In this document: positions 1 through 10,431 of the stretch, piece by piece
Layout of the letters: every line of letters starts with the position of its first letter
Numbering within the stretch: the stretch's first letter is position 1
Assembly: GCA_038231275.1 (NCBI GenBank)
Contig: JBBRLQ010000008.1
Location: forward strand, 128,001-192,000
Source of the DNA: Polyangiales bacterium
GTDB taxonomy: Bacteria > Myxococcota_A > Polyangia > Polyangiales > Polyangiaceae
Length of the DNA: 64,000 bases
Direction: 5' to 3'
The notes under the pieces: generated by a model
Seen by the model: only the letters and a program-made list of their open reading frames with translations
What the model was told of the DNA's origin: nothing
Databases searched by the model: none
Translations under genes and position numbers: made by a program

Positions 1-2479
1 GGAGATGCTCACGCGCGAGCGCCTCTTCCAAGCGGAGAACGAGCTGCAGGTGCTCGATCGCATCCGCACGATGAAGATCATCCCGCCGTCCGAGAAGAAC
101 GCGCAGGTCTCGCCGGAGCTCGATCGCATCGTCTTGAAGGCGCTCGCGAAGGAGCCGACGGATCGGTACCGCGCCGCCAAGGATCTCTACCGCGACATCA
201 ACGCGCTCCCGGAGAGCACCGCGACGCGCGATGAAGTTGCATATTACATGCGTCAGGCCTTCGCCGAGGCGGCGAAGGCATCCGTGCCGGAATCAGCAGA
301 AAAGAGGCAGCCAGCGATGAATCGTGTGGACGGCGGGGACAGCGTGGGCCAAAAAGCCGCGCGGCAGGAGGCCTTGGTGATGTCAGCAACCGAGAACAAG
401 GGATCGGACCTCGATATCTTCGAGGGACTTGGGAAGAAGGGTGCCGCCGTCGCGCAGCGCGTGTCGAGCGTCCCTGCCCCGCCCCGCTCGGGAGGCGGTC
501 TTCCGCCGCCGCCGCTGAACGGAGCCGACATCGCGGCCGCGAAGCGCACGCTCGTCGGGATGGCGCCAGGCACGGCCGCCGCGAGCGCCGCGCCTGCGTC
601 GAATGGTCCGCCGTCGCAGCCGGCCATGCGCGCCGCGCCGCCGCCCCCGCCGGGCCGCGGATCGCTTCCGAGCGTGAGCGCGCCGCCGTCGCGCCAAGGT
701 GTGAGCGGCCCGCCGCCGCTCGTCCCCCCGCCGGCGCCGTCGACGCGTCCCGGTCCGCCGCCGCCGTCGGCGCGCGCCAAGAGCAAGGGTGGAGGCCCCG
801 GTGGCCTCGACATGGAATGGGATGACGAGGACGAGGCCACGCACGTCTTCGACAAGAGCGAGTCCAAGGTGACGCCTGCGCCGGTGGCCGACACTCCGCC
901 GCCGTCGTCGCGAATCGGTCGTCCACGCCCGAACGCGCTGCAGAACGGCAACGGCCTCGCGCCGCCGCCGCCGCCCCCGCCGCCGCCGAGCGCCGGAATG
1001 CGCGCGAGCTCGCCGCCGTCGCAGCCGGGCCTCCGCGCCGCGTCCCCGCAGAGCGGAATGGGACCGACCTCGCAGTCGCCGTTCCGTCCGTCCGCGCCGC
1101 CGCCGCCGCCCGCGAGCCAAGGCGCGTTCGCGCGCGCTTCTGGCGTCCCCGCGTCGGTGCCGCCGTCGTTCGGCGGCAGCACGACGCCGATGGGCATGCC
1201 CGGTCATCAAGTGACGACCGCGCCGCTCCCGATGCCGACGCCGCCCCCGCGCCAGTCGATGGGCGCGTCCGCCGTCGCGCAGCGCTCGATGGAAGCGACG
1301 GCGCTCGTTCGTCCGCAGCCGAGCCGCACCGGCCTTTGGGTCGCGCTCGGCGTGGCGTTCACCGCCGCGGTCGCCGGCGCCGTCTTCTTCCTCACGTCGC
1401 CGCGCACCGGGCGCGTCGTCGTCAACGTCAACGATCCGAAGGGCGTCGCGATCAACCGCGTCGAAATCTTCGTCGACGGCAAGAAGTGGTGCGACACGAC
1501 GCCGTGCGCGATCGATCCGGTTCCGGCCGGTGCGCACGAGGTCAAGGTCCTCGCGGACGGCTTCGAGGTCCCCGCGGCACGCGCGATCTCTGTCGAGGCG
1601 CGCAAGGAGTCGAGCCTGTCGTTCGCGCTGGCGCCCGCCGCCGGTCGCGGCGGCACGGGCGTCAAGGTCGCCGGCAACCAGCCCGGCGTGAAGCTCTTCG
1701 TCGACGATCGCGAGATCGGTCCGCTCCCCGCAGAGGTCCGTGACCTCGCCCCGGGCAGCCACCGCGTCCGCATCGTGGGCACCGACCGGTACGTGACGAT
1801 CGAGAAGAACGTCACCGTCGCGAAGGACGAGGTCCTCGACCTCGGTCCGCAGCAGCTCAAGGTCGTGAAGGGGAAGATCACCGTCACGCCGGGCACGCTC
1901 GGCGCGAAGGTCTACATCGTCTCCGGCGCCGATCGCCGCGAGCTGCCGATCCTGCCGATCTCGGTGGACATCGACACCTCCAAGTCGTGGCAGCTCGAGG
2001 CGAACCGCATCGGCTTCAACGACTACCGCCAGCCGGTCAGCTTCGACGACGGGCAGGCCGAGAAGACCTTCGTGGTCACGCTCGACCCGCGCGGCACGGT
2101 CGCGGCCAACTCGAACCCGACGCCGCAGCCCGTCACCGCGGGCGACCCGAAGCCGGCGCCGCAGCCGGTCGCCGCCGCGGACAGGCCGAGGCCGAAGCCG
2201 GCCCCCGCGCCGGATCCGACGCCGAAGCCCGAGGCCGCCGACCCCGCGCCGGCCGCCGGCGGGGACTCGTTCCTCGACATCAACTCGATCCCGGTCGCCA
2301 ACGTGCTCCTCGACGGCAAGCCCATCGGCACCACGCCGAAGCTGCACGTTCCGGTCACGCCGGGCGCCCACACGGTCGTCTTCGTCAACGCCGAGCAGGG
2401 GCTGAAGAAGAGCGTGTCCGTGCAGGTCGGCGCCGGCGAGACCAAGAAGGCCATCGCGAAGCTCCGGGCCACGGAGTAG
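1..2479 (+). CDS. Membrane Ser/Thr protein kinase with Pro-rich linker and C-terminal PEGA domains (5'-truncated by window)
   Basis: Begins in kinase subdomains IX-XI (MLTRERLF...LDRIVLKALAKEPTDRY). Followed by a long Pro-rich linker, a TM helix (LWVALGVAFTAAVAGAVFF) and PEGA-like repeats (IFVDGK..TP, VLLDGKPIGTTP). Confidence 0.85.
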   Translation, partial: EMLTRERLFQAENELQVLDRIRTMKIIPPSEKNAQVSPELDRIVLKALAKEPTDRYRAAKDLYRDINALPESTATRDEVAYYMRQAFAEAAKASVPESAEKRQPAMNRVDGGDSVGQKAARQEALVMSATENKGSDLDIFEGLGKKGAAVAQRVSSVPAPPRSGGGLPPPPLNGADIAAAKRTLVGMAPGTAAASAAPASNGPPSQPAMRAAPPPPPGRGSLPSVSAPPSRQGVSGPPPLVPPPAPSTRPGPPPPSARAKSKGGGPGGLDMEWDDEDEATHVFDKSESKVTPAPVADTPPPSSRIGRPRPNALQNGNGLAPPPPPPPPPSAGMRASSPPSQPGLRAASPQSGMGPTSQSPFRPSAPPPPPASQGAFARASGVPASVPPSFGGSTTPMGMPGHQVTTAPLPMPTPPPRQSMGASAVAQRSMEATALVRPQPSRTGLWVALGVAFTAAVAGAVFFLTSPRTGRVVVNVNDPKGVAINRVEIFVDGKKWCDTTPCAIDPVPAGAHEVKVLADGFEVPAARAISVEARKESSLSFALAPAAGRGGTGVKVAGNQPGVKLFVDDREIGPLPAEVRDLAPGSHRVRIVGTDRYVTIEKNVTVAKDEVLDLGPQQLKVVKGKITVTPGTLGAKVYIVSGADRRELPILPISVDIDTSKSWQLEANRIGFNDYRQPVSFDDGQAEKTFVVTLDPRGTVAANSNPTPQPVTAGDPKPAPQPVAAADRPRPKPAPAPDPTPKPEAADPAPAAGGDSFLDINSIPVANVLLDGKPIGTTPKLHVPVTPGAHTVVFVNAEQGLKKSVSVQVGAGETKKAIAKLRATE

Positions 2480-2492
2480 CCTTCTCGGCGGT

Positions 2493-3965
<1,473 letters not shown>

Positions 3966-4000
3966 CGCGCGACGCGACGAGGGTAGGCCCTGGTCGCACC

Positions 4001-4015
4001 TGACGAAAATTGTCA
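4001..4015. promoter_or_regulatory. Candidate enhancer (bEBP) binding palindrome TGAC-N7-GTCA
   Basis: TGACGAAAATTGTCA lies about 190 bp upstream of the sigma-54 motif. A related TGACGTAACTTTGT starts near 4130. Confidence 0.45.
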
Positions 4016-4190
4016 CTCGCCGCCATCGCCATGGACGATTCACGGCGAAACCCGCGCCCACACGAGCGCCCCGCGGCCCTACCGAAGCGCACGCCGGACC
4101 CGGTCATTTCTAGGCTTTCCCCCCCGATATGACGTAACTTTGTGGCTCGCTGCGCGCTCGTCGCCCGCGGCCTGACCGAGAGGTTCCCCA

Positions 4191-4206
4191 TGGCACGACC
4201 GGTGCT
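4191..4206 (+). promoter_or_regulatory. Sigma-54 (-24/-12) promoter for the pilin genes
   Basis: TGGCACGACCGGTGCT has exact GG-N10-GC spacing (GG 4192-93, GC 4204-05) and sits downstream of a sigma-54 activator gene. Confidence 0.75.
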
Positions 4207-4219
4207 TAGTACTGCCCCT

Positions 4220-4879
4220 GTGAGAAGCCTTGGCCCCTGCCCGAATCGCGTCGCGCTTGCGCGGCGACGAAATCAAGCGGGCTTCACTCTCGTGGAGCTC
4301 GGGGCGGTCGTTACTATCGTGGGCATCCTCGCGGTGCTCGCCGTGGTCGGCTACCGGAAGATGATCACGGCGTCGCACAACGCCGAAGCCACGCACATGG
4401 TCAACGCGATCCGTACTGCGCAAGAGAACTACAAGGCCGAGACCGGCACGTACGCGGCGATCACGGGCACCGCAACGACGGCGCTCTCCATCACGAATGG
4501 CGGCGGCACCGACTGCTCGCAGCTCGCCGCCATGTATCCACTGGCGAGCCCGACGGCGGGCGTGGTCACCAAGACGGCGTGGGGCTTGGCGTGCACCGGC
4601 TCGCAGTGCCCGACCGCGGGCATCACCTGGGACTCGATCCCCATCCACGTCGATGGCCCGGTCATCTACGGGTACACGACCGTCGCCAACCTCGCCGGCA
4701 CCACGCCGGGCGCGCTCAGCATGCTTCGCAACGGCACCTACAGCCTCACGTTCCCCACGGCGACGACCGACTGGTTCGCGGTCGCCGCGTGCGGAGACCC
4801 TGACGGGGACAAGGTCTTCAGCGCCTACGTCTCCAGCTCGTTCTCCAACGAAATCTTCGCGTCCAACGAAGGCGAATGA
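4220..4879 (+). CDS. Type IV pilin-like protein (pilin 1), Thr-rich; start uncertain (4190 ATG or 4220 GTG)
   Basis: Prepilin motif QAG|FTLVELGAVVTIVGILAVLA and C-terminal CGDPDGD motif. The 4190 ATG lies within the sigma-54 promoter, which favours the later start. Confidence 0.8.
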   Translation: MRSLGPCPNRVALARRRNQAGFTLVELGAVVTIVGILAVLAVVGYRKMITASHNAEATHMVNAIRTAQENYKAETGTYAAITGTATTALSITNGGGTDCSQLAAMYPLASPTAGVVTKTAWGLACTGSQCPTAGITWDSIPIHVDGPVIYGYTTVANLAGTTPGALSMLRNGTYSLTFPTATTDWFAVAACGDPDGDKVFSAYVSSSFSNEIFASNEGE

Positions 4880-4978
4880 CCCAAAAGCTTGTGCGCTCGA
4901 AAAGGGGCCACGTTCCGACACCACAACACGAAGCTCCAGCGGCACACGTGGCCCACCGAGCGAAAGAAAGGACAGCAG

Positions 4979-5527
4979 ATGCGTAAGGTACTCTCTCTCA
5001 AGAAACGCGGATTCACGCTCGTCGAGCTCATGATCGTCGTCGCCATCGTCGGCGTGCTCGCCGTGCTCGCGATTTACGGCGTCCGTAAGTACATCGCGAA
5101 CTCGAAGACCACCGAGGCACGTAACTCGCTCGGTGAAATCAAGAACGACTCGGCGTCCGCGTTCGAGCGCGAGACCGGCGGCACGACCGTGCTCGCGGCC
5201 GGCAGCTCGACGACCCTCCTCCGCGCGCTTTGTCCGGGCGGCGCAAAGGTTCCGTCGGCCGGCGTCCCCGCGTCGTCGAAATACCAGTCCGCCAAGGGCG
5301 ACTGGGCCGACAACGCAGGCTGGCAGTGCCTGAAGTTCTCCCTCGAGCAGCCGCAGTACTTCCAGTACGAGTTCCTCAGCGGCGGCGGTACCACGAGCTA
5401 CATCGCCAGCGCGTACGGTGACCTCAACGGCGACACGATTCTCTCGACGTTCGCCGTCTCGGGCAACGTCCAGGCCGGCGCGCTCAACACGTCCCCGACC
5501 ATCCAGGAGACCAACCCGGAGGAGTAA
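4979..5527 (+). CDS. pilA: Type IV major pilin
   Basis: KKRG|FTLVELMIVVAIVGVLAVLAI with a canonical short basic leader and an AAAGGA RBS. Followed by a strong terminator. Confidence 0.88.
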   Translation: MRKVLSLKKRGFTLVELMIVVAIVGVLAVLAIYGVRKYIANSKTTEARNSLGEIKNDSASAFERETGGTTVLAAGSSTTLLRALCPGGAKVPSAGVPASSKYQSAKGDWADNAGWQCLKFSLEQPQYFQYEFLSGGGTTSYIASAYGDLNGDTILSTFAVSGNVQAGALNTSPTIQETNPEE

Positions 5528-5548
5528 AACCCCCGGCTCGGTTCTTCG

Positions 5549-5593
5549 GCCTTGCCCCGTCGCACGAAGATGGGGCAAGGCTTTTTCCTTTTT
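5549..5593 (+). terminator. Rho-independent terminator after pilA
   Basis: Hairpin GCCTTGCCCCGTC / GATGGGGCAAGGC followed by TTTTTCCTTTTT. Confidence 0.85.
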
Positions 5594-5631
5594 GTGGACC
5601 TGGTGTGCGAGAGAGAGTGGCGGCCCCTTCG

Positions 5632-7389
5632 ATGAACACGCGCGACAAGGTGGAGCGATGGGCACCGCTCGTCGCCGGTCTTCTCTTCGTCATCCCGGTC
5701 CTGGCCGCGCGCTACCCGCCGATGACCGACCTCGCGCTGCACGAGGCCGTCGTCGCGGTGCTCCGCCACTTCGACGATCCGAAGTACTTCGCGCCTGGGC
5801 TCTACCGCTACAACCTCGGACACCCCAACCAGCTCTTTTATTTCATCGCGTGGCCGCTCTCCTACCTCGTTGGCACGAGCTGGGCGATGAAGCTCGTCGT
5901 CGCGGGAACGCAGATGGGGCTCTTCCTCGCCGGCGCGCGCTTGGCGCGGTACTTCGGCACGCCGCGCTGGACGGCGCTCCTCGTGGGCCTCTTGGGCCTC
6001 GGGTGGTTCTTTTATTGGGGTCTCATCGCGAACCTCCTGGGGCTTGCGATCTTCCTGACCGTGCTGCCGACCCTGGACCGCTTCGTCACGAGCCCGACTC
6101 CTCGGCGCGCCGCCGCGGCCTTCGGGATCTTGCTGCTGCTGTACGGGGCGCACGAGAGCCTCATGGTCTGCGCCGCGTTCATGATCGCGCTCTTCGCGCT
6201 CGGGCACCCCCTGCCCACGCGCGCGTTCGTGCTCCGCCTGGCGCCGCCGGTCGCGATGTTCGGCGTGACACTCCTCCAGATCTGGTGGGGGCAGCGACTC
6301 CGTGCACCCTACAACCAGGCGGTCGGCACCACGTTCGATCCGATCGGGTACAAAGTCTCGACCATCTCCGGCGTGCTCTTCGCGGGGTACGAGCCGTACG
6401 TCCGCAACCTCATGCTGCTCCTCGTACTGATGGCGATGGTGCTCCTCACCCTCGCGCGCTGGCGCGAGGAGCCCGCGGTACGGGGGCGGCCGAGGCGCGA
6501 GCTGTTCGTGCGGTTCCGGTTCGAGATCTTCGCGGCGAGCCTGTTCGCGCTCTACTTGACGATGCCGATGACCGTGAACGGCGCGACGCTCTTCTACCAG
6601 CGCTTCTTTCCGCCGTCGTACGCGATCCTCGCGGTTGCGCTCGCCCCGCGCGGGGCACCTTCGCCGGCGTGGCGAGTGCCGCGGCTCATTTGCCTGGTGG
6701 CGCCGCTCGCGTCGTTGGCGATCGCGTGGCCGAGCTTCGTCGAGTCGCACGTGATGGCGCGCGACATCGAGGCGCTCGCCGAGCTGACCGAGTACAACAG
6801 CGCGACCGCGCTCGTCGACGTCGGCACGACGCCGACCTTGCGCTTGTTCTCGGCGTCGACGTTCGAGGGGCACGTGCTCGCGATGCGCGGAGGGCGAACG
6901 CTGTTCGACTTCACGCGCTCGCCCATCGCGCCGGCGTTCATGAACCCCGCGTACGCGTGGGACGAGCCGTGGGGACGTCTCCAGTACAAGCCGATCTTCA
7001 TCAGGCCGGAGCACGACTGCGACTACTTCCGCTACGTGTACTTCCACTCCGCCGGCGCGGATCTGCACAGGCTGGCGATTGCCGCGATGGAGCCGGACGC
7101 GCGACTGGTCGGGACGCGCGGAGAGTGGTCGCTGTTCGAGTCAAAGCACCTGAAGCACGGCGTGCTCTCGCCCGATGGGCACCTCCCCTACCCGCGGCCG
7201 CATACGCTGCGGAAGAAGATGAAGGACGTTCTCCGCAAAGTGAACGGCGAGGCGATCCCCGCGGAGACTCCGCAGGAGCCGCCGCCTGGGTGGGTAGGGC
7301 AGCCGCTGGCGCTTCCTGATCCGGGGGACGATCCGGGTCCTCCCGAGGCCCTGCCCGACGGCGGAGTGACGGGCGGAGACGCCGGCTAG
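5632..7389 (+). CDS. Polytopic membrane protein, candidate GT-C-fold glycosyltransferase
   Basis: Roughly 10-12 hydrophobic helices, an acidic/His loop after TM1 (PPMTDLALH) and a soluble C-terminal domain. Lies immediately downstream of pilA. Confidence 0.55.
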   Translation: MNTRDKVERWAPLVAGLLFVIPVLAARYPPMTDLALHEAVVAVLRHFDDPKYFAPGLYRYNLGHPNQLFYFIAWPLSYLVGTSWAMKLVVAGTQMGLFLAGARLARYFGTPRWTALLVGLLGLGWFFYWGLIANLLGLAIFLTVLPTLDRFVTSPTPRRAAAAFGILLLLYGAHESLMVCAAFMIALFALGHPLPTRAFVLRLAPPVAMFGVTLLQIWWGQRLRAPYNQAVGTTFDPIGYKVSTISGVLFAGYEPYVRNLMLLLVLMAMVLLTLARWREEPAVRGRPRRELFVRFRFEIFAASLFALYLTMPMTVNGATLFYQRFFPPSYAILAVALAPRGAPSPAWRVPRLICLVAPLASLAIAWPSFVESHVMARDIEALAELTEYNSATALVDVGTTPTLRLFSASTFEGHVLAMRGGRTLFDFTRSPIAPAFMNPAYAWDEPWGRLQYKPIFIRPEHDCDYFRYVYFHSAGADLHRLAIAAMEPDARLVGTRGEWSLFESKHLKHGVLSPDGHLPYPRPHTLRKKMKDVLRKVNGEAIPAETPQEPPPGWVGQPLALPDPGDDPGPPEALPDGGVTGGDAG

Positions 7390-7415
7390 TCGAGCCGTAG
7401 CCGAGGACCTAAGAA

Positions 7416-8300
7416 CTACCGAGCCTGCGCGAGCCGGCGGCGTGCTTGCGGAGAGCGCGGGCGCATGTCGACGACGAAGCCGTGCAGATGGGCAAGGCGC
7501 GGCATGAGGCGGGTCGTGCTCCCGTCGAAGCCGGGATGCCGGAGGAGCGCGGGGAGAAGCTCCTCGCGCCATCCCGGACCGCCGAAGTAGGGCCATTTTC
7601 GGCCGTCATAGACGAACGACTCCGCGAGGCGCGCGCCGTCTGCGTCGGCGGTGAATTGCACGTCGGACTTTTTCTGGCGAAACAGCTGCCGCGCGCGATC
7701 GGCGAGCGACTGGCCGGCGGAGACTTGGAGATCCGGCCACCACGGGCAGTCGAAGTACACGTGATCGGCGACGCGCCCGACCTCCCAGAGCGCCGGCGCG
7801 AGCACGTCGGTGCGCCACGTCTCGGGCGGCTCCATCCCGCGGATGCCACGCAGGCGCGCCGCCGTGCGGATCGCGGCGACCCCCCAGTTGTCGGGATTGC
7901 ACACCGTCACGACCAGGAGCTTCTTCGCGCGCGCGGCGAGCTCCTTCAAGTAGCTGCGCCAGTCGGGCGCGAGCGGGAGCGCGTGGTACGCGAGGACGAG
8001 ATCGGCGGCGGGAAGCCCCTCGAGCGACGTGGTCACGCGAACATCGACCTTCGCGCCAAGCGACGTGTACACGCCGCGCGCGAGGTCGGCCTTCGCTTCT
8101 TCGTCGACCGCGGAGGTGACGTGAACACCCTGCAGCGCGAGCCCCGCGCCGTGCACGCCGGCGATCCCGGCCATGCCGTCCAGCGGCCCCTCGAGCATCG
8201 ACCCGATCTCGTACGCCTTCGCCCAAGCATCGAGGCGCTGGTAGAAGCAGTATCGCTCGTACGCGCTGCCGAGGCCGCGATCGGCGGTGACGAGGCTCAT
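7416..8300 (-). CDS. Class I SAM-methyltransferase-like protein
   Basis: ADLVLAYHAL...WRSYLKELAARAKKLLVVTV resembles methyltransferase motifs II-III; motif I is atypical. Overlaps the radical SAM stop codon (ATGA). Confidence 0.55.
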   Translation of the reverse strand: MSLVTADRGLGSAYERYCFYQRLDAWAKAYEIGSMLEGPLDGMAGIAGVHGAGLALQGVHVTSAVDEEAKADLARGVYTSLGAKVDVRVTTSLEGLPAADLVLAYHALPLAPDWRSYLKELAARAKKLLVVTVCNPDNWGVAAIRTAARLRGIRGMEPPETWRTDVLAPALWEVGRVADHVYFDCPWWPDLQVSAGQSLADRARQLFRQKKSDVQFTADADGARLAESFVYDGRKWPYFGGPGWREELLPALLRHPGFDGSTTRLMPRLAHLHGFVVDMRPRSPQARRRLAQAR

Positions 8301-9415
8301 TTTTCGGCCGTTCCCGAAGTGCCTGCGTGGATCATGTTAGCGCCGACCCGCGCCAGCGTGACCGGATCGAGGAGCATGTTCGTGTAGCTCGCGTTCGCGA
8401 GCGGGCACGCGCACTCCTTGTTCTTGACGCTCTTGCGAAACGTCTCCGCGGTCTCTCCGAACCACACCGGCCGGAAATCGTAACCGTGGTCGCGGAGGTT
8501 CCCCATCGACTCCGCGCGCACGCAGCAGCCCCACAGATGCCCGTCCGGAGCGAGGTGCGCGCTCGCCCACCCCGCGTAGCAATCGATCACCTGACGCTTC
8601 TCCTCCAGCACCCGCGACGCGAGATCGTAGTACTCGAGGCGAAGCGACTCGACGAGGCGGGCGACCGGCTTGAGCGAGCGCTTGCTGGCGACGACGTTCT
8701 TAAGGTGCGCGACGGCGCGGCGGTAGTCCTGCGGATCCGGGGTGATGTCCTTGTGAAGGGTCTTCAGCTCGACGCGGTTCTCGGCGACCTCGGTGATGTA
8801 CGAGTCCGGATCGAAGACCCGCCGGATCTCGCGCTGGATCTCGGGGATGCGGTGGACGTTGAGCTTCGAGATGACCGTGTGAACGCCCATCACGATGTGG
8901 TCGTAGGTCTTTTGGAGATCGCGGATGAGACCCTTCACCTCGATCAGCTTCTCCCAGTTGTGATCGGCGCCGCGGATCTCGTCGTGCTTCTCGCCGATCT
9001 CGTCGACCGAGAGGTTCAGGACCAGGCTCGATCCGCGGGAAAAATGGGCAATTCTGGGGAGGAGCTGGTGGATGCGCTCGGTGATGACGCCGTTCATCGG
9101 GATGTTGATGATCGTCGGCTCGATCTGCGTGCGAATCAGGCGCACGATCTCGTCGAGATCTTTTCGCACGAACTGATCGCCGCCGGAGATGGTGACCCAG
9201 ATGGGCACCTTCTCGAGCGTCGGGAAGATGCGGCCGTACTCGTCGACCGAGAGATCATCGACCTTCTTCTGCCAGATGTCGCAGGTCGCGCAGCGGCTCG
9301 GGCAGCTGTAGGTGACGGACACCGTCAGGTTGATGGGCAGCTGGCGCGTGCGCCCGGTCGCGTGCTCGACGCGGTAGCCGGCGAGGCGGGCGAGGACCGG
9401 CAGCTTGCGCGACAT
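8297..9415 (-). CDS. Radical SAM enzyme with C-terminal SPASM/twitch-like Cys cluster
   Basis: CxxxCxxC (CPSRCATC), SGGD motif, and C-terminal CYAG...DG..WGCC...CAC. ATG at 9415 overlaps the GT2 stop (TAATG). Confidence 0.88.
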   Translation of the reverse strand: MSRKLPVLARLAGYRVEHATGRTRQLPINLTVSVTYSCPSRCATCDIWQKKVDDLSVDEYGRIFPTLEKVPIWVTISGGDQFVRKDLDEIVRLIRTQIEPTIINIPMNGVITERIHQLLPRIAHFSRGSSLVLNLSVDEIGEKHDEIRGADHNWEKLIEVKGLIRDLQKTYDHIVMGVHTVISKLNVHRIPEIQREIRRVFDPDSYITEVAENRVELKTLHKDITPDPQDYRRAVAHLKNVVASKRSLKPVARLVESLRLEYYDLASRVLEEKRQVIDCYAGWASAHLAPDGHLWGCCVRAESMGNLRDHGYDFRPVWFGETAETFRKSVKNKECACPLANASYTNMLLDPVTLARVGANMIHAGTSGTAEK

Positions 9416-10395
9416 TACTTTCGCGCCTCGTCGACCTGCGGAACCTTCGCGGCCGGCGGGATGCTCGGCGATGGGACGTGCGCGCCGGCGCCGGGCAGGA
9501 CCGAGAGGAGGCGCTTGGTGCTCCGGAGCTGCTTCCACGTGCGGTGCTTGCCGCCGAGGATGCGCGCGTCCACGAAGCCGGCGACGCGCGCGACGACCTC
9601 CGTAGCAATCGCGGCGCCGAGCGCGCGCTTTCCGAAGGCGTCCTGCTCCTGGAACATGTCGTACGCGACGCGCAGGAGCAGCGAGCGATCGAGCGTCGCC
9701 ACTTGGTAGCCGAACGCGAAATCGAGCCAATAATGGCCGCGCGCGATGCGGCGGCGCTGCTCGAAGTACTCGTCGAGGCGCTCCGGGCCGTGGTTCTGCA
9801 CGATCGCGTCGCCGGCGTACGCGAGCTCGTAGCCCTGGGAGCGCACGATGTCCTCGACCGACGCCTCGTCGACGACCGACAGCTCGCTCACGCGCTCGAT
9901 GAGCTTCGAGCGGAACGAGACGAGCTCGCCCATCTTGGGGTGAATCATCGCGACGCGGTGGTGCATCTCCCAGAGGAGCTGCACCATCTTGCCGACGGTG
10001 TCCTTTGCGGGGTTGTCGGGGATGGGGCGGGCGCCGACCATCCCGACGTCGGGGTTCGCCTCGTAGCAACGAACGAGCTTCTCCACCACGTCGGGCGCGA
10101 CGCGCAGATCGGCGCTGCAGATGACCGCGATGTCGGCGCGCGGGTTGCGGACGCGGAGGTACTCGTTGATCGCGGCGACCTTGCCGCCGCGGCGCTCTTG
10201 AACGTGGACGTGCACGCCGGGGCGGCCGCGGGCGACCTTGCGCGCGAGATCGGCGGTGTCGTCGGTGCATCCGCTCGCGACGACGACGATCTCCACGATC
10301 CGCGCGTGCTGCGTCTCCTGGTCGAGGAGCGACCGCAGAACGGTCCGGATGTTGGCCGACTCGTTGTGCGCCGGGACCAGGATGGAGACGAACAT
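9415..10395 (-). CDS. Glycosyltransferase family 2
   Basis: N-terminal VSILVPAHNE, GCTDDT, GKVAAIN and a QxxRW-like EQRRRI motif. Confidence 0.88.
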   Translation of the reverse strand: MFVSILVPAHNESANIRTVLRSLLDQETQHARIVEIVVVASGCTDDTADLARKVARGRPGVHVHVQERRGGKVAAINEYLRVRNPRADIAVICSADLRVAPDVVEKLVRCYEANPDVGMVGARPIPDNPAKDTVGKMVQLLWEMHHRVAMIHPKMGELVSFRSKLIERVSELSVVDEASVEDIVRSQGYELAYAGDAIVQNHGPERLDEYFEQRRRIARGHYWLDFAFGYQVATLDRSLLLRVAYDMFQEQDAFGKRALGAAIATEVVARVAGFVDARILGGKHRTWKQLRSTKRLLSVLPGAGAHVPSPSIPPAAKVPQVDEARK

Positions 10396-10431
10396 CTATC
10401 GAGATTTCCAACGAAGAAGATACCATGAAGC

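Noticed and set aside
4940-4956. Second sigma-54 promoter directly before pilA (CGGCAC...)
   Set aside because: No GC at the required 10-nt spacing.
8297-10426. 709-aa ORF as one protein
   Set aside because: The N-terminal half is an off-frame shadow of GT2; the real radical SAM gene starts at 9415.
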